Positions 28,031-41,199 of a stretch of DNA of 64,000 nt are shown in pieces; positions within the stretch are counted from its first letter, which is position 1; the number at the start of each line of letters is the position of its first letter. Origin of the DNA: Bigelowiella natans CCMP2755. Taxonomy: Eukaryota > Protista > Cercozoa. The notes under the pieces were generated by a model. That model saw nothing but the letters and a program-made list of their open reading frames with translations. It had not been told where the DNA came from and searched no databases. Made by a program: the position numbers and the translations under genes. The stretch spans positions 1 to 64,000 of the forward strand of contig ADNK01001387.1 in assembly GCA_000320545.1 (NCBI GenBank), in the 5' to 3' direction.

Positions 28031-28500
28031 AGAGGAAACGTGGTGTTGAACTCGCAAAGCATCTAGCTAGATCTAGCTAGCTAGATCATGATGTACTAGT
28101 GTAGCATGTTGATGTTGAACATTTTTGCTGTGACATTGACTAGTTGACACATTGAGAGTTACACAAGCTAGCAAGCGCTAGAGCGCTGCTTAGACTGATC
28201 TAGTGAAGAGCATCAAGATGCAGACTGTTTTCAAAATCCACAGCAATGGAATGTAGCTTGTGCGTGTAGCATGCTTAGCATGATGGTGAAGCTTGCTAGC
28301 TAGCTAGCTAGCTTGTCTAGTTGTGGCTGAACACTACTCCACACAACATGTTTTGGCTGCATGTCTAGATGTGGTCGTGTGCCTCAGCACATCTAACTGC
28401 TAAGCTCAACTAGCTAGCTAGCTCAAATGTGTTGATCATTCTGTCTCGACCATGCTAGCTAGCTAGCATGCATGCGCAGCATGAGTGTGATAAGGAACAA
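27640..28500. other. TpA-depleted island with (CTAG)n arrays
   Basis: CTAG tandems at ~28062-28085, 28296-28311, ~28409-28422 and ~28454-28467. Nearly all TA in 28021-28490 is in CTA or TAG context. Confidence 0.85.
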
Positions 28501-28849
28501 AGTTGACTGCTTGTACAATCATTGATGTACAGAGTAGCGATAATTTCGACGATTCAGATCTTCATTGGTTAATTAGAACACGAGGATGAAATAAATTTAG
28601 GTAGTCAACAGGGAATAAATTAGCATGGCCATTGGCACACTTAGAATATGACAGTGCCAGCACAGCAAACAACGCGAGGAATACGATACCATTGTGTGAT
28701 ATGATTTTTTTTTACCAGAGTTAACATTTTCGTTGCTGTATTTGATGCAAAATAACATAAATAGTGCAATAGAACAGGAAGATAGGAAGGAAAGAATGAA
28801 AAGTAATTAAAAGATTCGATGAATAGAATCAAATCATGCGCACAATTTT

Positions 28850-31139
28850 CCTATTTGAAGCTGATTTCTGGATTTAATTCAAAATGTCTTCGCACTGTAA
28901 CGTCCAATAGTTCCTTCTTTCCACCCGTTCCTTTCTTCTCCTTGTTGTGAAATTTGATCAACCTGAATTGAAAACATGTAAATATGGATGGTATATCTAG
29001 TTAGTATAGGCTTGTCATCTACTGTGGAAATGATCTATGTACCCAAAATATAAAATATTACACACCTTTTTATTATCGACTTCTTCACCGATAATTATTG
29101 CAAGTTCGCTGTTGCTTCGTGAGTTTCTGCGAAGCATTCTTGTGAGTGATTCCCCACTTCTCGAGAGCGTCCGTGATCCAGAACGCGAAAATCTTCTCGA
29201 ACGTCTCCGTTCCTTACTACTTCGCTTCTTCGGTAATGGAATTGCTTCGTTGATTGATTCATTCATTTTGGCAGTCTTAAACCCGGCTAATGCTCTCCGG
29301 ATCCCATCTGACCCTTGGTGAAGTAGCCCCAAAGGCAGTTTTCTATCTGGTGTTAATTCCTTTAGCGCTGAAAGTACAATCTTGTTTTCCCTGGAAACAA
29401 ATCATTGACTCATTCTTCAGTATTGGGAGGAAATATCTTGTGGATGATGAACTGACTTTAATGTCCTATGCAATCTAATAAGTCTTGCAGCGGCATTGAT
29501 TTTCTTCTTCATCTTTCCCCCACGTTTTATTAAGCTTTGTTTTGCAGGAGAAGGCTCCTCTTCCTCATCGTCAGACGGAATGTCAAGAATGCTTGTTAAC
29601 ATGTCGGTGACTGAGAATATGCGAAACATGTGAATATGTTATTGTGAGAGGAAATGAAATGGACATTGAAAATCGAACAGTAATTTACTATCCACCTTTC
29701 TCTGCAACGAATGGGAGTGACCATTCAAAGACGTCCATGAAGTTTGGTAGATAATATGGATGTGGTACTTCGCGAAATTGCTTAATTCCTAGCGCTCCGT
29801 CACTTAAACGCAAAATTGCTCCTTTATTTCCATATATGTCACAGTAATTCGGAGCCGAGAATATTGTGATGACTTTTGGGGCGGCACCACCTTCTCTCAT
29901 ATGGATTTTAAATCCTTCACCTTGAGCTTCATGGGCTCGTATAATAGATGTAATATTATTTTCCTCAAGAAACTGCTTCACGGCCTCAACACCATAGAGG
30001 TATGAACATTGACGGGTTTGATTATAAGAGAACCAGTCTGTTTCCAGGGCTTCTTCACTATCTGAGTCATCGACAGGGGGTTTTTTGTCCTCATCACAGG
30101 GATCAGACCATAGAAGATCACACATTGGGCCTTCTCGAGGGGTTTCTTTGAAGCGATTTAAGTCGTCAATCTCGTCAATCTGAAAAGTTTAATAAAAATC
30201 AAAAGCTATGAGCTAAGTAATTCCTATGATCCATTAAGTTTATTTTACAGAAGTAATATCAGGAGAGAGTCCGCCGTGTACGCAGAAAAAAGCTTGCTCA
30301 TTTTCTTTCGAGCCACTAGTGACAACTGCAGCAAGGGGAAGATGATCAAAGCAATCCATAATAGAATCATAGAGGTCCTCGCTGTATTTGTAAAGACCTA
30401 ACGATTAAATGGACTTCAGAAGCTATTTTCACTTCGTATTTATTCATACATTCGTCCTTAAAATTGAAGTGAGCCGTAAGTTGACGGCATTCGTGATTTC
30501 CTCGCAGCATTCGAAACGAGTCTCCGAAGTTAAGCTTCAAACAAAATAGATACATGATGACTTCTGTCGAAAAGCAGCCCCGGTCAACATAGTCTCCAAG
30601 AAATAAATACGTAGACTCAAGGGGATCCCCGCCGTATTCATCCCCAAACAAACGGTCAAGATCAAAGAATTGTCCATGAATGTCACCAACAACTACAAAG
30701 GTCATTTGTCAGCAAAGTTCATTTTTCAGTAATGCAAATTAGACCAAATTACCTGTGATTGGTACTCGTAGCGCCAAAACATTTGGCTCTTTGCTTAGCA
30801 TTGCCATAACTTCCTTGACAACTTCCACATAGAGTTTTTCTTCGATTCTACCTTCACGTAAGAGATGATCGCGAAGTACTTTCAAGTTAGGCACCTGCAT
30901 TAAGAATTAAGTTTAAACTACTCAATTTTATCGATCTTCTCTTCAAAACTTGCTGGTATTTTATACGATACCTTAGTACCCTTCGGATAAAGAAGTTCTC
31001 GTGATAACCTATATTTAGGCGGAGCTACAACATCCTTCATTACCCTGTCATCCTCAGCACTTTTATGATCCGTCTTGGCTTCATATTCTGGTTCACCTCC
31101 AGTAGACACTTTTTTGGCTTTAGCTGTAGGATCACTCAT
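28850..31139 (-). CDS. CNA1: Calcineurin A (PP2B catalytic subunit); last exon boundary approximate
   Basis: PPP motifs [25 protein letters not shown] and SAPNYC. CnB-binding helix [15 protein letters not shown], calmodulin-binding-like [13 protein letters not shown], and autoinhibitory-like [15 protein letters not shown]. Confidence 0.95.
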
Positions 31140-31499
31140 TATGTTTAGTCTATCTTGATAGTTGCAGAGGTTGGCCCTTTATATGATTGCAAGGGAAAGG
31201 CTCTGGTTTCTTGCTTTGTTTGGGACCACTACTGAGGTGTTATGTATTGTTTGTCCACCGATGAGAAATAACAGGAATAATAACGCAGGGGAATTTGTAC
31301 ATGATTGTTTGTTTGTGTTGTTATATTACACAGAAATGCCAAGAAATTGTACATATTTCAAACCAGACAGCTCAAATAGTCCATATGTCATAAATCTTTA
31401 TTCGTTCAGAGGCACTACTACACATTTCCAGATTAGTTCGTCGATACGATATGTCGTAAGGGATGAATACAAGGCGATTTTACATAAGTAATAAGAATA

Positions 31500-33097
31500 A
31501 TGGCCGCCTCATCATTTCAGCCTCGATACTCCCGCATTTTAGTTCTTGGATCAAAGCGAGTTGGGAAAACGTCCCTTCTTGCGGCAGCGTTAAATGGGGA
31601 TCTAGCTGAAGACAACATGTATAATCCAACTTTGCGAGTGGAAAGGTTAGTTAGAGTGATGCGATCCTGAGCGTGCTGGTGGTGATTGAGTGATTGAGAC
31701 TTCTATGTCCAATGTGCATGCACATGGGGTGTGAGTAACAATACGATAATCAAGCATTTTTGTTCTAATGGTCAAATACATACATCTTACACATAAACAT
31801 TGATTAATTTGAGGACAATTCTATTTGTAAGATTTTATGATGTCGATCGAAAGCTGGAATTCATTGATACCCCAGGGTTATCCAAAATTTTGGATTCAGA
31901 TGAAGGCGTAGAATTTGCCAAAGGTCCATCCTGAGAGTTGCTTCTGTAATGTTGTGCGCATGATATAATCTACCTCCAGATCCAGTAGTGAAGGAAATCC
32001 TAGATACAATTGGTACTCGACGAAAAGAGGTCGCTTTAAGTACATGTATCAATAGTCATGAAAAATAAGACTTTCCTCCTTTGAGCCTTTGAGTGAACTT
32101 TTCATACTCAACATTATCTACCTAAAGATCCTCAAAGAGTGGAACTCGACGCTCTAGACGCGTATGTTATTGTTCACAATTCAGATAGGTTGGTTGGGAT
32201 AACATACAGATTAAGCTATCCCTAAGATTTCCATACACCAATTTGCTAGGAAATCAAAAGAAATGGCAACCGCCTTAAAGGGTGAAATCTCAAAAGCTCT
32301 AGCTAAAAGAATGAAGTAACCTAAAAACTAGAAAATAAGTGCGATGAATTAGAAGACAGGACCAGAACGACTTTAGATCATAGTGCCCAGAAGGATTTCA
32401 AACTCAATTTCAAAAATTATTTTGTTTTTCTTTTCAGAGCAAGCAATGGAAAAACCAAAAAAATGCCCATCATTCTCACAGTGCACAACGATTTTAAGCT
32501 GAAGCCTTCTTCAATTTTGACCATGATGAGTGTTAAGCTGCAAGTTCCAGATTCCCATCAACGTTCTCAGCCACTTAATCACGCAGAAGTATCGAAAGAC
32601 ACAGACAGTAAACACTCAGCCAATTTCAAGGTTTTACGATTTTCTCTAAACGATCCAAGAAAGAAACGTTTAAAATTATTTTCTCCGTTTTCTTTCAGTT
32701 TTCTTTTACATAACTCTGATATTTGTTCAATTCGATACTTCACCAATAATTATTTTGAATTCGATATTAACCAGCGGAGTGATTTCTCAGTGAATGCGAA
32801 GACTTTCAGTAACATAGATCAAATGCTTGATACACTTGCAGATGAGGTAGAGTAGATTGTTTTATACATCACTCATGATTTTTGAACAATAGAGTATATC
32901 AATATTTTAATGGCGTTGTCCCTTAATGATATTTAACATTAACATCTTGATGCATAAATATGTAGCTTCAGAATAGCAGAAGAGAAATCGAAGATTGTTT
33001 ACCACAGCTTCAATTGAATCGGGGAAACAAATTGGATGTCAATAACAGGGCATCGTGTATCGTAGAAGGCAACATCAGTAGTTGCGCTTTGTCTTGA
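31500..33097 (+). CDS. Divergent Ras-superfamily small GTPase with a C-terminal CaaX box
   Basis: P-loop ILVLGSKRVGKTSLL, G3 EFIDTPG, G5-like VNAK, and C-terminus SSCALS*. Confidence 0.75.
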
Positions 33098-33169
33098 ATG
33101 ACAAGGGTTAAAAGAAGATTACAAGTAGCACTCATTCAGCATCATGGTCGTTGGGGCCACAAATTAATA

Positions 33170-33750
33170 ACCCATTGGATCATGCTGTGTTTTGCAACAT
33201 GAAACAAGCACAAATGCGCCTTTCATCGACTTGCGCACACCGGTTTGCAATGTGCGTCTCATGGCACAAATTGCAGTCATGATGTTTGCACTGGTCCGCA
33301 TCAATGTTGCTCATTTGACACAAAAAACCACATTGAGACTAATTGAAAGCTTCACTAGAACGAACACACATGTGTGTGCCTGTCTAGCCATAGCAACAAG
33401 CTGACGACAGATGCACAGCTAGACAGACATGCCATGCTCGATGCAGGAGGACAAGGACAAGAACCACTCATTGCACATGCCGTGTCATCATCACACAACG
33501 CTGAACGCACGTGCGTGTGCACAAACAGCAGATTTTCCGTCACTGTGTCAGGCTGCAGGGCACTCTAGCACTAGAGCATATGCTAGCATTTCAAGATGCA
33601 AGCACGCTAGCACGCTAGCACGGCGACGTCTAGATCTAGATGATTGTCATGTGATGCTGGCATACGCACTTGTGCACACGTCTAGACGTGACACTGTGCA
33701 CATGTACATCCACATGGTCTCTATGGCTGTTAAGGGAAAATTTATTAGCA
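33170..33750. other. TpA-depleted intergenic island
   Basis: About 16 TA in 33181-33720 by hand count, about 11 of them in CTAG. Confidence 0.85.
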
Positions 33751-34064
33751 AGATCATCGTGCGTCATCAAGTTATGACAAGAAAGCTCGTTGTAGTCTTG
33801 ACCGTAGGAACTAGAAATTTGTTGGCCTCTTTTCACCAGGAGTTCTATTTCATTTGTTGTCCATACGTGAAAACATTAATCTCAGATAAAATGGTATTAT
33901 GGTTCTGAGGGCATTAGTTTAGATACAGTCTAATTAGGAGGTCACCATGATTCGCTATATTTCTCTTCAAAAACTTTGTTTTATGTGCGACAAACATACA
34001 GAAATTGCTTTTAAGACAAGAAACCAAAAACCTCCTGAACTATTTTTTTTAACATGATCAGAAA

Positions 34065-34607
34065 TTAAATGAGATCATCGCTATCTTCATCATCAATGTT
34101 TTTTGAAAGAGCCTTAGCGCGAAAATATAAACTATTTATTTCCCTCCCAGTTAAACTCTTGTATAAGTATAGATAAAGGACGATGATCAATATTAAAACG
34201 GTAATTATGATTGGGATAGCGTAGCAGATTTTTCCTGCTGTGTCTTGCCTATTCCGGTGACAATTATTCGCATCACTCATGATTGGCTCATATGTCTGAA
34301 CCTTCTTCGTTTCCTGCGATTCACCAAACGCTGGTGCAGGTAAATATTTGCCATCGTTCATGTCTCCCTCGCTATCGGATAACTGGTGATGGGATGTTTG
34401 GTATCCACGAGCTCGTTCCCGTTGTCGCTGACGAATCGCCATCCCAAGACTTTGTCCAGTTACAGCAAATATGTATCGTATTGAACAGCAAAAGAAGCAA
34501 TATCGAAATATTAGGCCTCGTGACACGATACGAAAGGACGTCACACCAGACGGGTTTGTGCACACGGTGTTGCTAGTTGGCTTTGGCGACGTAACCAAGC
34601 ACTGCAC
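34065..34607 (-). CDS. Putative small single-pass membrane protein; probable ATG at 34442
   Basis: MAIRQRQRERARGYQ.. is followed by the hydrophobic helix ICYAIPIIITVLILIIVLYLYLY and an acidic tail. Confidence 0.5.
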   Translation of the reverse strand: MQCLVTSPKPTSNTVCTNPSGVTSFRIVSRGLIFRYCFFCCSIRYIFAVTGQSLGMAIRQRQRERARGYQTSHHQLSDSEGDMNDGKYLPAPAFGESQETKKVQTYEPIMSDANNCHRNRQDTAGKICYAIPIIITVLILIIVLYLYLYKSLTGREINSLYFRAKALSKNIDDEDSDDLI

Positions 34608-35005
34608 TGCACTGTGGCAAAAGGTTGTAATTTGTACGAAAAGAAAGCTACGAAATGTTGTCGCACTATGCGAATGGATGGTTCGTCGAAGTTAGAGTAG
34701 TATCCCATGGCGCTGAGCGACATGGGTTGTAAAACTTATTTTTTATATTAATTTTGTATGGCGGACGGTGACGGGCATGCGGAACTTTTCTCTTTGTTGG
34801 ATATAGATCTACGACAAATTATTATTATTTGACGTATTAATTAATCGGGAAATAATGTCGTAGTGGTTATTGGCTATCTGTTTTTATAGTACGACTTCGC
34901 CTTGCAAGTGGTAGTAGTAGTAGCAGTGGTAGTACTGAGGTACATTACCAATAATAACACCTGTGCGACTCACGAAATAAAAGAACACAGAAACCAACCA
35001 ACACA

Positions 35006-35296
35006 ATGGCAGAATGGCGTCTCTTTGTGCCTCTCAATCTCAAGGTAGAGTTCATTTTAGTAGGTTTGACCTCAACGATATTAATAGATACTTCCAAATT
35101 AGCATGAAGGAACCCTGAAGCTTGAAGAAGAACTCAATGCTGTATGCTGTCTCCTCAAGGTTGTCGTCTATCCGTAATGAAAAATGTGTGCAACTTTGAA
35201 CTAGTGCATAACAACTGGTCAGTCTGCAGGTTTTCCTGTGCTTCCTTTCAATGGAACAGAACGCCGAGTCGATATTTATGTGGTTATATCTTAGCC

Positions 35297-35377
<81 letters not shown>

Positions 35378-36722
35378 ACAACCATTCAATCTACGTTTTT
35401 ATTTATCTAAGGATTATCAGTAGTGGTAGTAGTAACTTCTTCCCATGCTTTCATAGGTGTTAAATCCATCTCTTGGACTAAAACTCAGGAAACTTCAATC
35501 ATTTTAACTAGCGACTTACAACCTTCTTATCTATTTAATTCTACTACAGAGGAACAAAGAATGGCTGGAAACTTGAGCTAAAAGTTTTAAAAGTAAGTGC
35601 TAAGCCGACGGCAGTTTTGGCTATCGAGACATGGAAAAAGGTCAAGTCACGAAAAGGAACAGCATCAATACGAAAGAATGGAAAGAGAGATCAAGAAAGG
35701 AAGAGAGAGAGGGGGGGGGGGGGGGGTGAGGGGGAGGAAGGGGAGCAGAGAGATTCCAGGTATCAATAGGATTAAATTTGTTTTGCTGAACATCTCCAAA
35801 AAAAAGGTGGTGAATACGCCAATTACCTCCGACTTCTCACTGGAAAATCCGAGCGTAGATCAGAATGTTCTTATAGAAGTTCTGAAGAAACAGGTAATTT
35901 TTAACTATAACCCGGCAGACTTACAATTTAGCAGACTTAAAATTTTCATTTGTTATTAGAAAGCAGAAGGTGTGAGCGAGTGCCTTGATATCCTCGAAAA
36001 GATGAACCAGAAGGTAGTCTCCACCCTTATGAGAAAACAACGAGAAGATGATTAAGCAGTGTAACGGAAAATAATTGCAGGATTTCGCTCGTGCATGTGT
36101 GTTTATCGACAAATCTAGGATGAATATATCGAGGTTTATTCCGTTTTTCGTCTACCATCTCCCTTTTATTTGCAACCACTGACTTCAAAATACGGCAGCA
36201 TATTTGCAGTAGAGGTGACAGATATCCAAGTAAGTCCCGCTACCCAGAGAACAAATAAAGGCAATAGCAACAACAATAACAACAACAACAAGTTTGATGA
36301 ATCAACATCTACCTGGTACCGATCTGTGTGCATCGAGGGACGTAATTCTGAGAAGGTGACTAAGTTTGTAACGGTGAATAAAACTTGGATTTCATATGAT
36401 ATTTCTTTAAGGCTATTGAAGCCGTGTGGGGCAGGTACAATAAATCTTCATCAGACACGAAGAACAAGAAAACGGTATTCGTTGGAGGATATCCCGGGTA
36501 TTATTACAACTCCACAGATTTAGGCCGTGATGATCTGGATTCGTAACTATAGTAACCCCTTTTTGCGTAAGGTTTCTTTGTAATCTCTTGGAGAATGGAA
36601 TGGTGGCAAAATCACCACAAGATCAGCAGATGACTAAGTCAGAGATTCGGACAACCAATCATCCAAGTGATGTTTCCAGTGAGTCTACCGAAAAGAATCG
36701 TGAGAAACTTGCTTTGAAATAG
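35006..36722 (+). CDS. Hypothetical protein, possibly CYTH/triphosphate-tunnel-like
   Basis: Spliced motifs MAEWRLF, ERRVDIY, YRGTKNGWKLELK, IETWKK, LAVEVTDI and WYRSVCIEG resemble CYTH-like proteins. This is from recall and was not searched. Confidence 0.4.
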
Positions 36723-36839
36723 TCCCTGTTACACCAACCAAATAGTCAAGTACTCCAAGTGTAAGTGGTGAAATCTGATCTAAAATCAAAATAACGTTGC
36801 ATACATTGCAGAAACGACATAATGATGTTGTATTCCCCA

Positions 36840-37300
36840 AACAGATGCCATGTAGTTCGCTTTCATTGTACTTCTTGCTTATGACAATGCTACTTTCATT
36901 TCAGACACACATGCTAGCATGATTACTAGCTAGCTAGATCATGACGACATCTAACTCATCATGACGATGATTGCGTCAGTCATGCATAGCACTATTTGGG
37001 TCACATGACCAGAGCTAGCAGAGTGAATGCTTGCGGGCATTCTAGCAATGCATCTTTGTTATTAGAATGAAATGTGTCTGTCATCGCTAACCAATAGATC
37101 GTAGCATGCTAGCATGCGCACATTGCAATGCTAGAATGTGTAGCATGTAAACAGTGACGTGTGTTAACACTACGTGCTGTGCTAGGTTAGGACACGACCT
37201 ATGATAATAGACACAGCAATACACTATATATATTGTGTATTGCATGTCTATCATCATGTGTCTACTGTGTCTACACAGCAAGTTTAAAAAGTAGCCTAGT
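36840..37300. other. Partially TpA-depleted, CTAG-rich intergenic island
   Basis: ctagctagctag at ~36926-36937 plus several other CTAG. Lies between convergent genes. Confidence 0.6.
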
Positions 37301-37339
37301 TGTGTGTTGTGCGAATAATTAGAGATGGTAGATAAAAAA

Positions 37340-39110
37340 AGGAGATGCCAAATTGTTAATAAGCTTTGGCTTGTTGCAACTGCAGCTACTCCTTTTGTTT
37401 GTGATGATAATAAGCATTAGCAATGATGAACAGTTTCATCCTTGAATGAATGTCATAAGTTAATGATACTATTATCTTCGGACACCTTGTTCATTGGTGG
37501 TGGATACCTGTTTTTCAATACCAACCCATCCTTCCTCACGGACGATAATTTCGTTTTCTTTTGTGCTTATCTCTCTATCGTCAACTTCAGCATCTTTCAA
37601 ACTTCTAACATTGTTTCCGCTATTTATCGGTGAGGGATCTAATTTTTCTGTTGTAACATCTCTGACAACGTTATGCTTAATAGCACTGATTTGGTGTTCC
37701 TTACTTTCCTTTTCCACGGATATTCGATTTCCATCAGGGATTGCATCAGTAAATTTTGTATCATCGGTATCTTTTTTATTAACATGCTCTTCTATCGGTA
37801 CCGATGGTGCTGTGGATGGATCCACTTTTGTTATTATACTAGAACGAATAGTCAGTGAGGATTTTTTCCCGTCGCTGGCATTCTGATCTGAGTCCCTTGT
37901 ATGTCTATTCATAGTCTCTAATGGGAAAGCTCTATTGTCTCCATCGATCAGATTATTGTTTCCCTTAATATCTTTATCACTAGCCTTGTGCTCTTTTCAA
38001 AATATGATACACTTGTAAGCACGTGATAGTTCACGTATTATGATACTAAATTTTTAAATTCGAAAATTTATGGATGTCTGGCAATTTTATCGGAATGTAT
38101 CGGTTATCGGTATTTCTTTGTTTATATTTCTAAAAACAACAGTTTCCTTTCTTTCGAGCCTTAGTTTTCATTTCCTTTTCCCGGCAATTTTCTTATGATG
38201 TATGATTTTATGGCTGTATCATCCATGGATGTCATATCATGCGAACATATACTAGTACTTAGATAGTTACCTGTATTCTTAATGGGGGATTCATGCGGGG
38301 AATTTGCCTTGCTTGATCCAAGATCTGATTTACCCCAGGTTGGAACGCCTCCAGAACCCAAGACCATGCTACCATCGACTGGGGTGACGATTTCATGCAC
38401 TGGAACATGTTCTATATCCTCCGATTTGCCTATATGTTACATGCAATAAGTTTCTTTTAAGAATTTTCTTCTGAGATAAAATTTACCCTCGATTTGGGAT
38501 AGAGCGAGAGAAGGTTGCCCGAGATGAGAATTTTTCGTTTCGTTATTGAGTTGAGAAGGAGGCATTTTGTTACTTAGAGTGAGCACCCCTACGCTTGTGG
38601 TTGTGTCAGCTCGGTTTCGAATTGAATTTACTGCTATTCCTTGAACCTACAAATCCGCACCACTTGAGGTTCAAAATATTGGTGAAGAAAATTTCATTAA
38701 GACTTTTTTGAATTCGTTGAGACGTTGAACAGTTGAATTAGTTTCCGCTTCTCCATTTGAAGCACTCTTTTTCACAGACATTCGCGACTTGGTTTCAGAT
38801 TTATAGTAACAAAAGTAGGCATATGGGTGACTTTTAAATGAGTTTGCTATGTATTCCCACTCACAATAATTGACATACACAGACAAGTAGACTTAAAGGT
38901 AGATTGCCAGATACACTAATTATATTGATCACAGTTTTTAAGCACTTGCAAAAAGATGGATACACAGGGAAATCCCTCTTCATTTCATATTCACATTCAA
39001 AGATTCATTTTAGCCAGTGAAGACTTAAATTTGTAATGCATGCATGGTTGTGCAAAATATTCAAGACCTCCGCCGCCGTTGCGCTCTTGGGAGGGAATGC
39101 ATCGCCTGTA
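37340..39110 (-). CDS. Low-complexity polar coding exons, either a C-terminal extension of the kinase gene or a separate hypothetical gene
   Basis: ORFs 37472-37912, 38161-38400 and 38671-38886 lie on the same strand, directly downstream of the kinase, and are separated by GT..AG gaps. Confidence 0.5.
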
Positions 39111-39215
39111 AAGTAATGAGAATTAATCATAATCTAGTTTTAATACTTTCCCAGCCACATTTTCTTAGTATTAATCTTGTGCATTAATCTAGATTGCACC
39201 GTATTTCTACAAATG

Positions 39216-41136
39216 CTACGCACCAGCTGAATTTCGGAAAGGAGGCTTCGTGTTGTAGTCAATATTATTAAAAACCCTTTCAACCTGAGACCGAGAGGTT
39301 GTGTGGGGCCAATATAAATTCATCAAGAAGTCAACACCTTTTCTCGTTCAGACTTATCTAGCGGTTTACGGCCCTCCGCCTATGAAAAATATGCTTATCA
39401 AACCATCGAGTACATATTTCTATCCTATTTTCGTCAACAGGCGTTACGATACCATAATCTGTTCCTCGGCTTCGTAAACAGGATTGAAATTTAGCTTCTG
39501 AATAACATAATTACATAGTACGTTTAATTTCACCAAAATATCATTCTTCAACCAAGTCCTGTAACCTTTAAACTGGGTGTGTGAGGGGGTTTTAGATTTT
39601 TGTCTTCGATCTAATGCAGATGTAAGTCAGAGATGAAATTTTCCCTAAATAAAAGTGTGAAGAAATTACTTTTTTCCAATCCCAACTAGGAGCATTAGCA
39701 AAAAATGGATGATCTCGCACAGTCCTCCAAAATCCAACGTACCCTATAAGGAAATCCGTAACTCTCAAATTGTCAGTTAAGAGAAACATAGATTTTTTTT
39801 ACCTAGGCGCTTTTCTTCTCTGAAAGCGCATAATTTTGCAACAATGTCTCTGCAGTCATTTGATATCTTCTTCGGTAGTTTAGGAGTGGGAAAATCATCT
39901 TTTCTAACTTTTGATCTATCCATCAATTTCGGATCAAAAGGACTTCTCTTTAGAAGCATACGAGCTAGAGTCGCTCCAAATGTAAAAAAATCTGGCATAA
40001 ACCCGTAAGAATGTCTATTGATGACCTAAAATATAAATATATATATTTAATATATACACACACACATGTGTGCATATATCCTTTCAAACTTTCGTAACTC
40101 CACTAGACATCTTGTGGGGAGAGTCTAATAACCTCAGGAGCAACATATCCAGGTGTGCCACAGCATCCTCGTGTGCGAAGATGATGAGGAGGCGGGTAGC
40201 GTTTAGAAAATAGGTCGTTTCGATATCTCCTAAAATTTAAAGGTATAAATCCATTCAGATAGAAAACTAAAACTAGCACCTGTCTTTTTCCTGGAGCATA
40301 GTGGCCAGTCCCAAGTCAGTGATATAAAGATGCCCCTTTAAAGAAAGTCTGTTTTATAATAGTTTTCTTATTTTGTAGAGTCTTTATTACCTTTGCATCA
40401 AGAATACAATTCTCTGGTTTCAAATCCCGATATACGAAGTTCAATTTGTGAATTGCCTCTAGACCCAATAGAATTTCAGCAATATAGAATCGAGCCATAT
40501 GTTCTTCCATGGGACCATAATTTTCTGAAAATAAATACCTCGAATGAGGATACTCCGTTAGGGAAATCAGGCGAATACCTAAATAAAAGTTTAGATCTCC
40601 ACCCCTCAAGAAAGGCATGACAAGCACCAAATCCATGGACGACAGGAATGCGTACTGAATTCATCAAAGCTGCAAATCAAAAAACTTATTCCGCCCCGTT
40701 TTTTCGTAAATTCGCTACATGAAGTTTCACAACGAACGGAGATTTAACGCTTGCCATAACTGTACGTTCAACCCACGCTGCCTTCCAATGGCTTTCTTTT
40801 CTGATTAACTCCCTGAGATCCTTTCAGATTGATAAACCTTATTCATCCAATGAATGGGCTCGTTTAATACACGGTAATTGCCTGCAATTTCATTGCGTAG
40901 AAAACGCTGCTGTTCTCAATGTCATCGTATCGACTGGGAACTGGATCTTTTCGATCCTGCGCAGCCTTTACCTGCTCAAGGTTAACAACCAAGGTCGATC
41001 CCATGAAAAATCTTTGGATATTTTGCCTATGCACCTTACCAAACCCTCCTTTACCGACGGTGGAAAGGAGTGAAAAGTGTGACATGTCGACTTTTTCAAT
41101 GTTGATAGCTCCTTCGGAAGCCGCGCAGGCGCCCAT
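39216..41136 (-). CDS. AGC-group Ser/Thr kinase, STK32/YANK-like, with an N-myristoylation start
   Basis: [84 protein letters not shown] and a C-tail [19 protein letters not shown] that resembles STK32 LNCDPTFELEEMI..KPL. Confidence 0.88.
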
Positions 41137-41199
41137 TTCCCACAACCCGGTCAATTCCAATGGACAATTTCGTTGCGCTCCGCCACTCTCAGAGTTGAT

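Noticed and set aside
28296-28467. Regularly recurring short repeats as a CRISPR-like or telomeric array
   Set aside because: They are simple (CTAG)n palindromic tetramers with no constant repeat-spacer structure, no cas genes, and no match to a telomere motif.
32463-32855. 130-aa ORF as a standalone gene
   Set aside because: It is a read-through of GTPase exons and introns.
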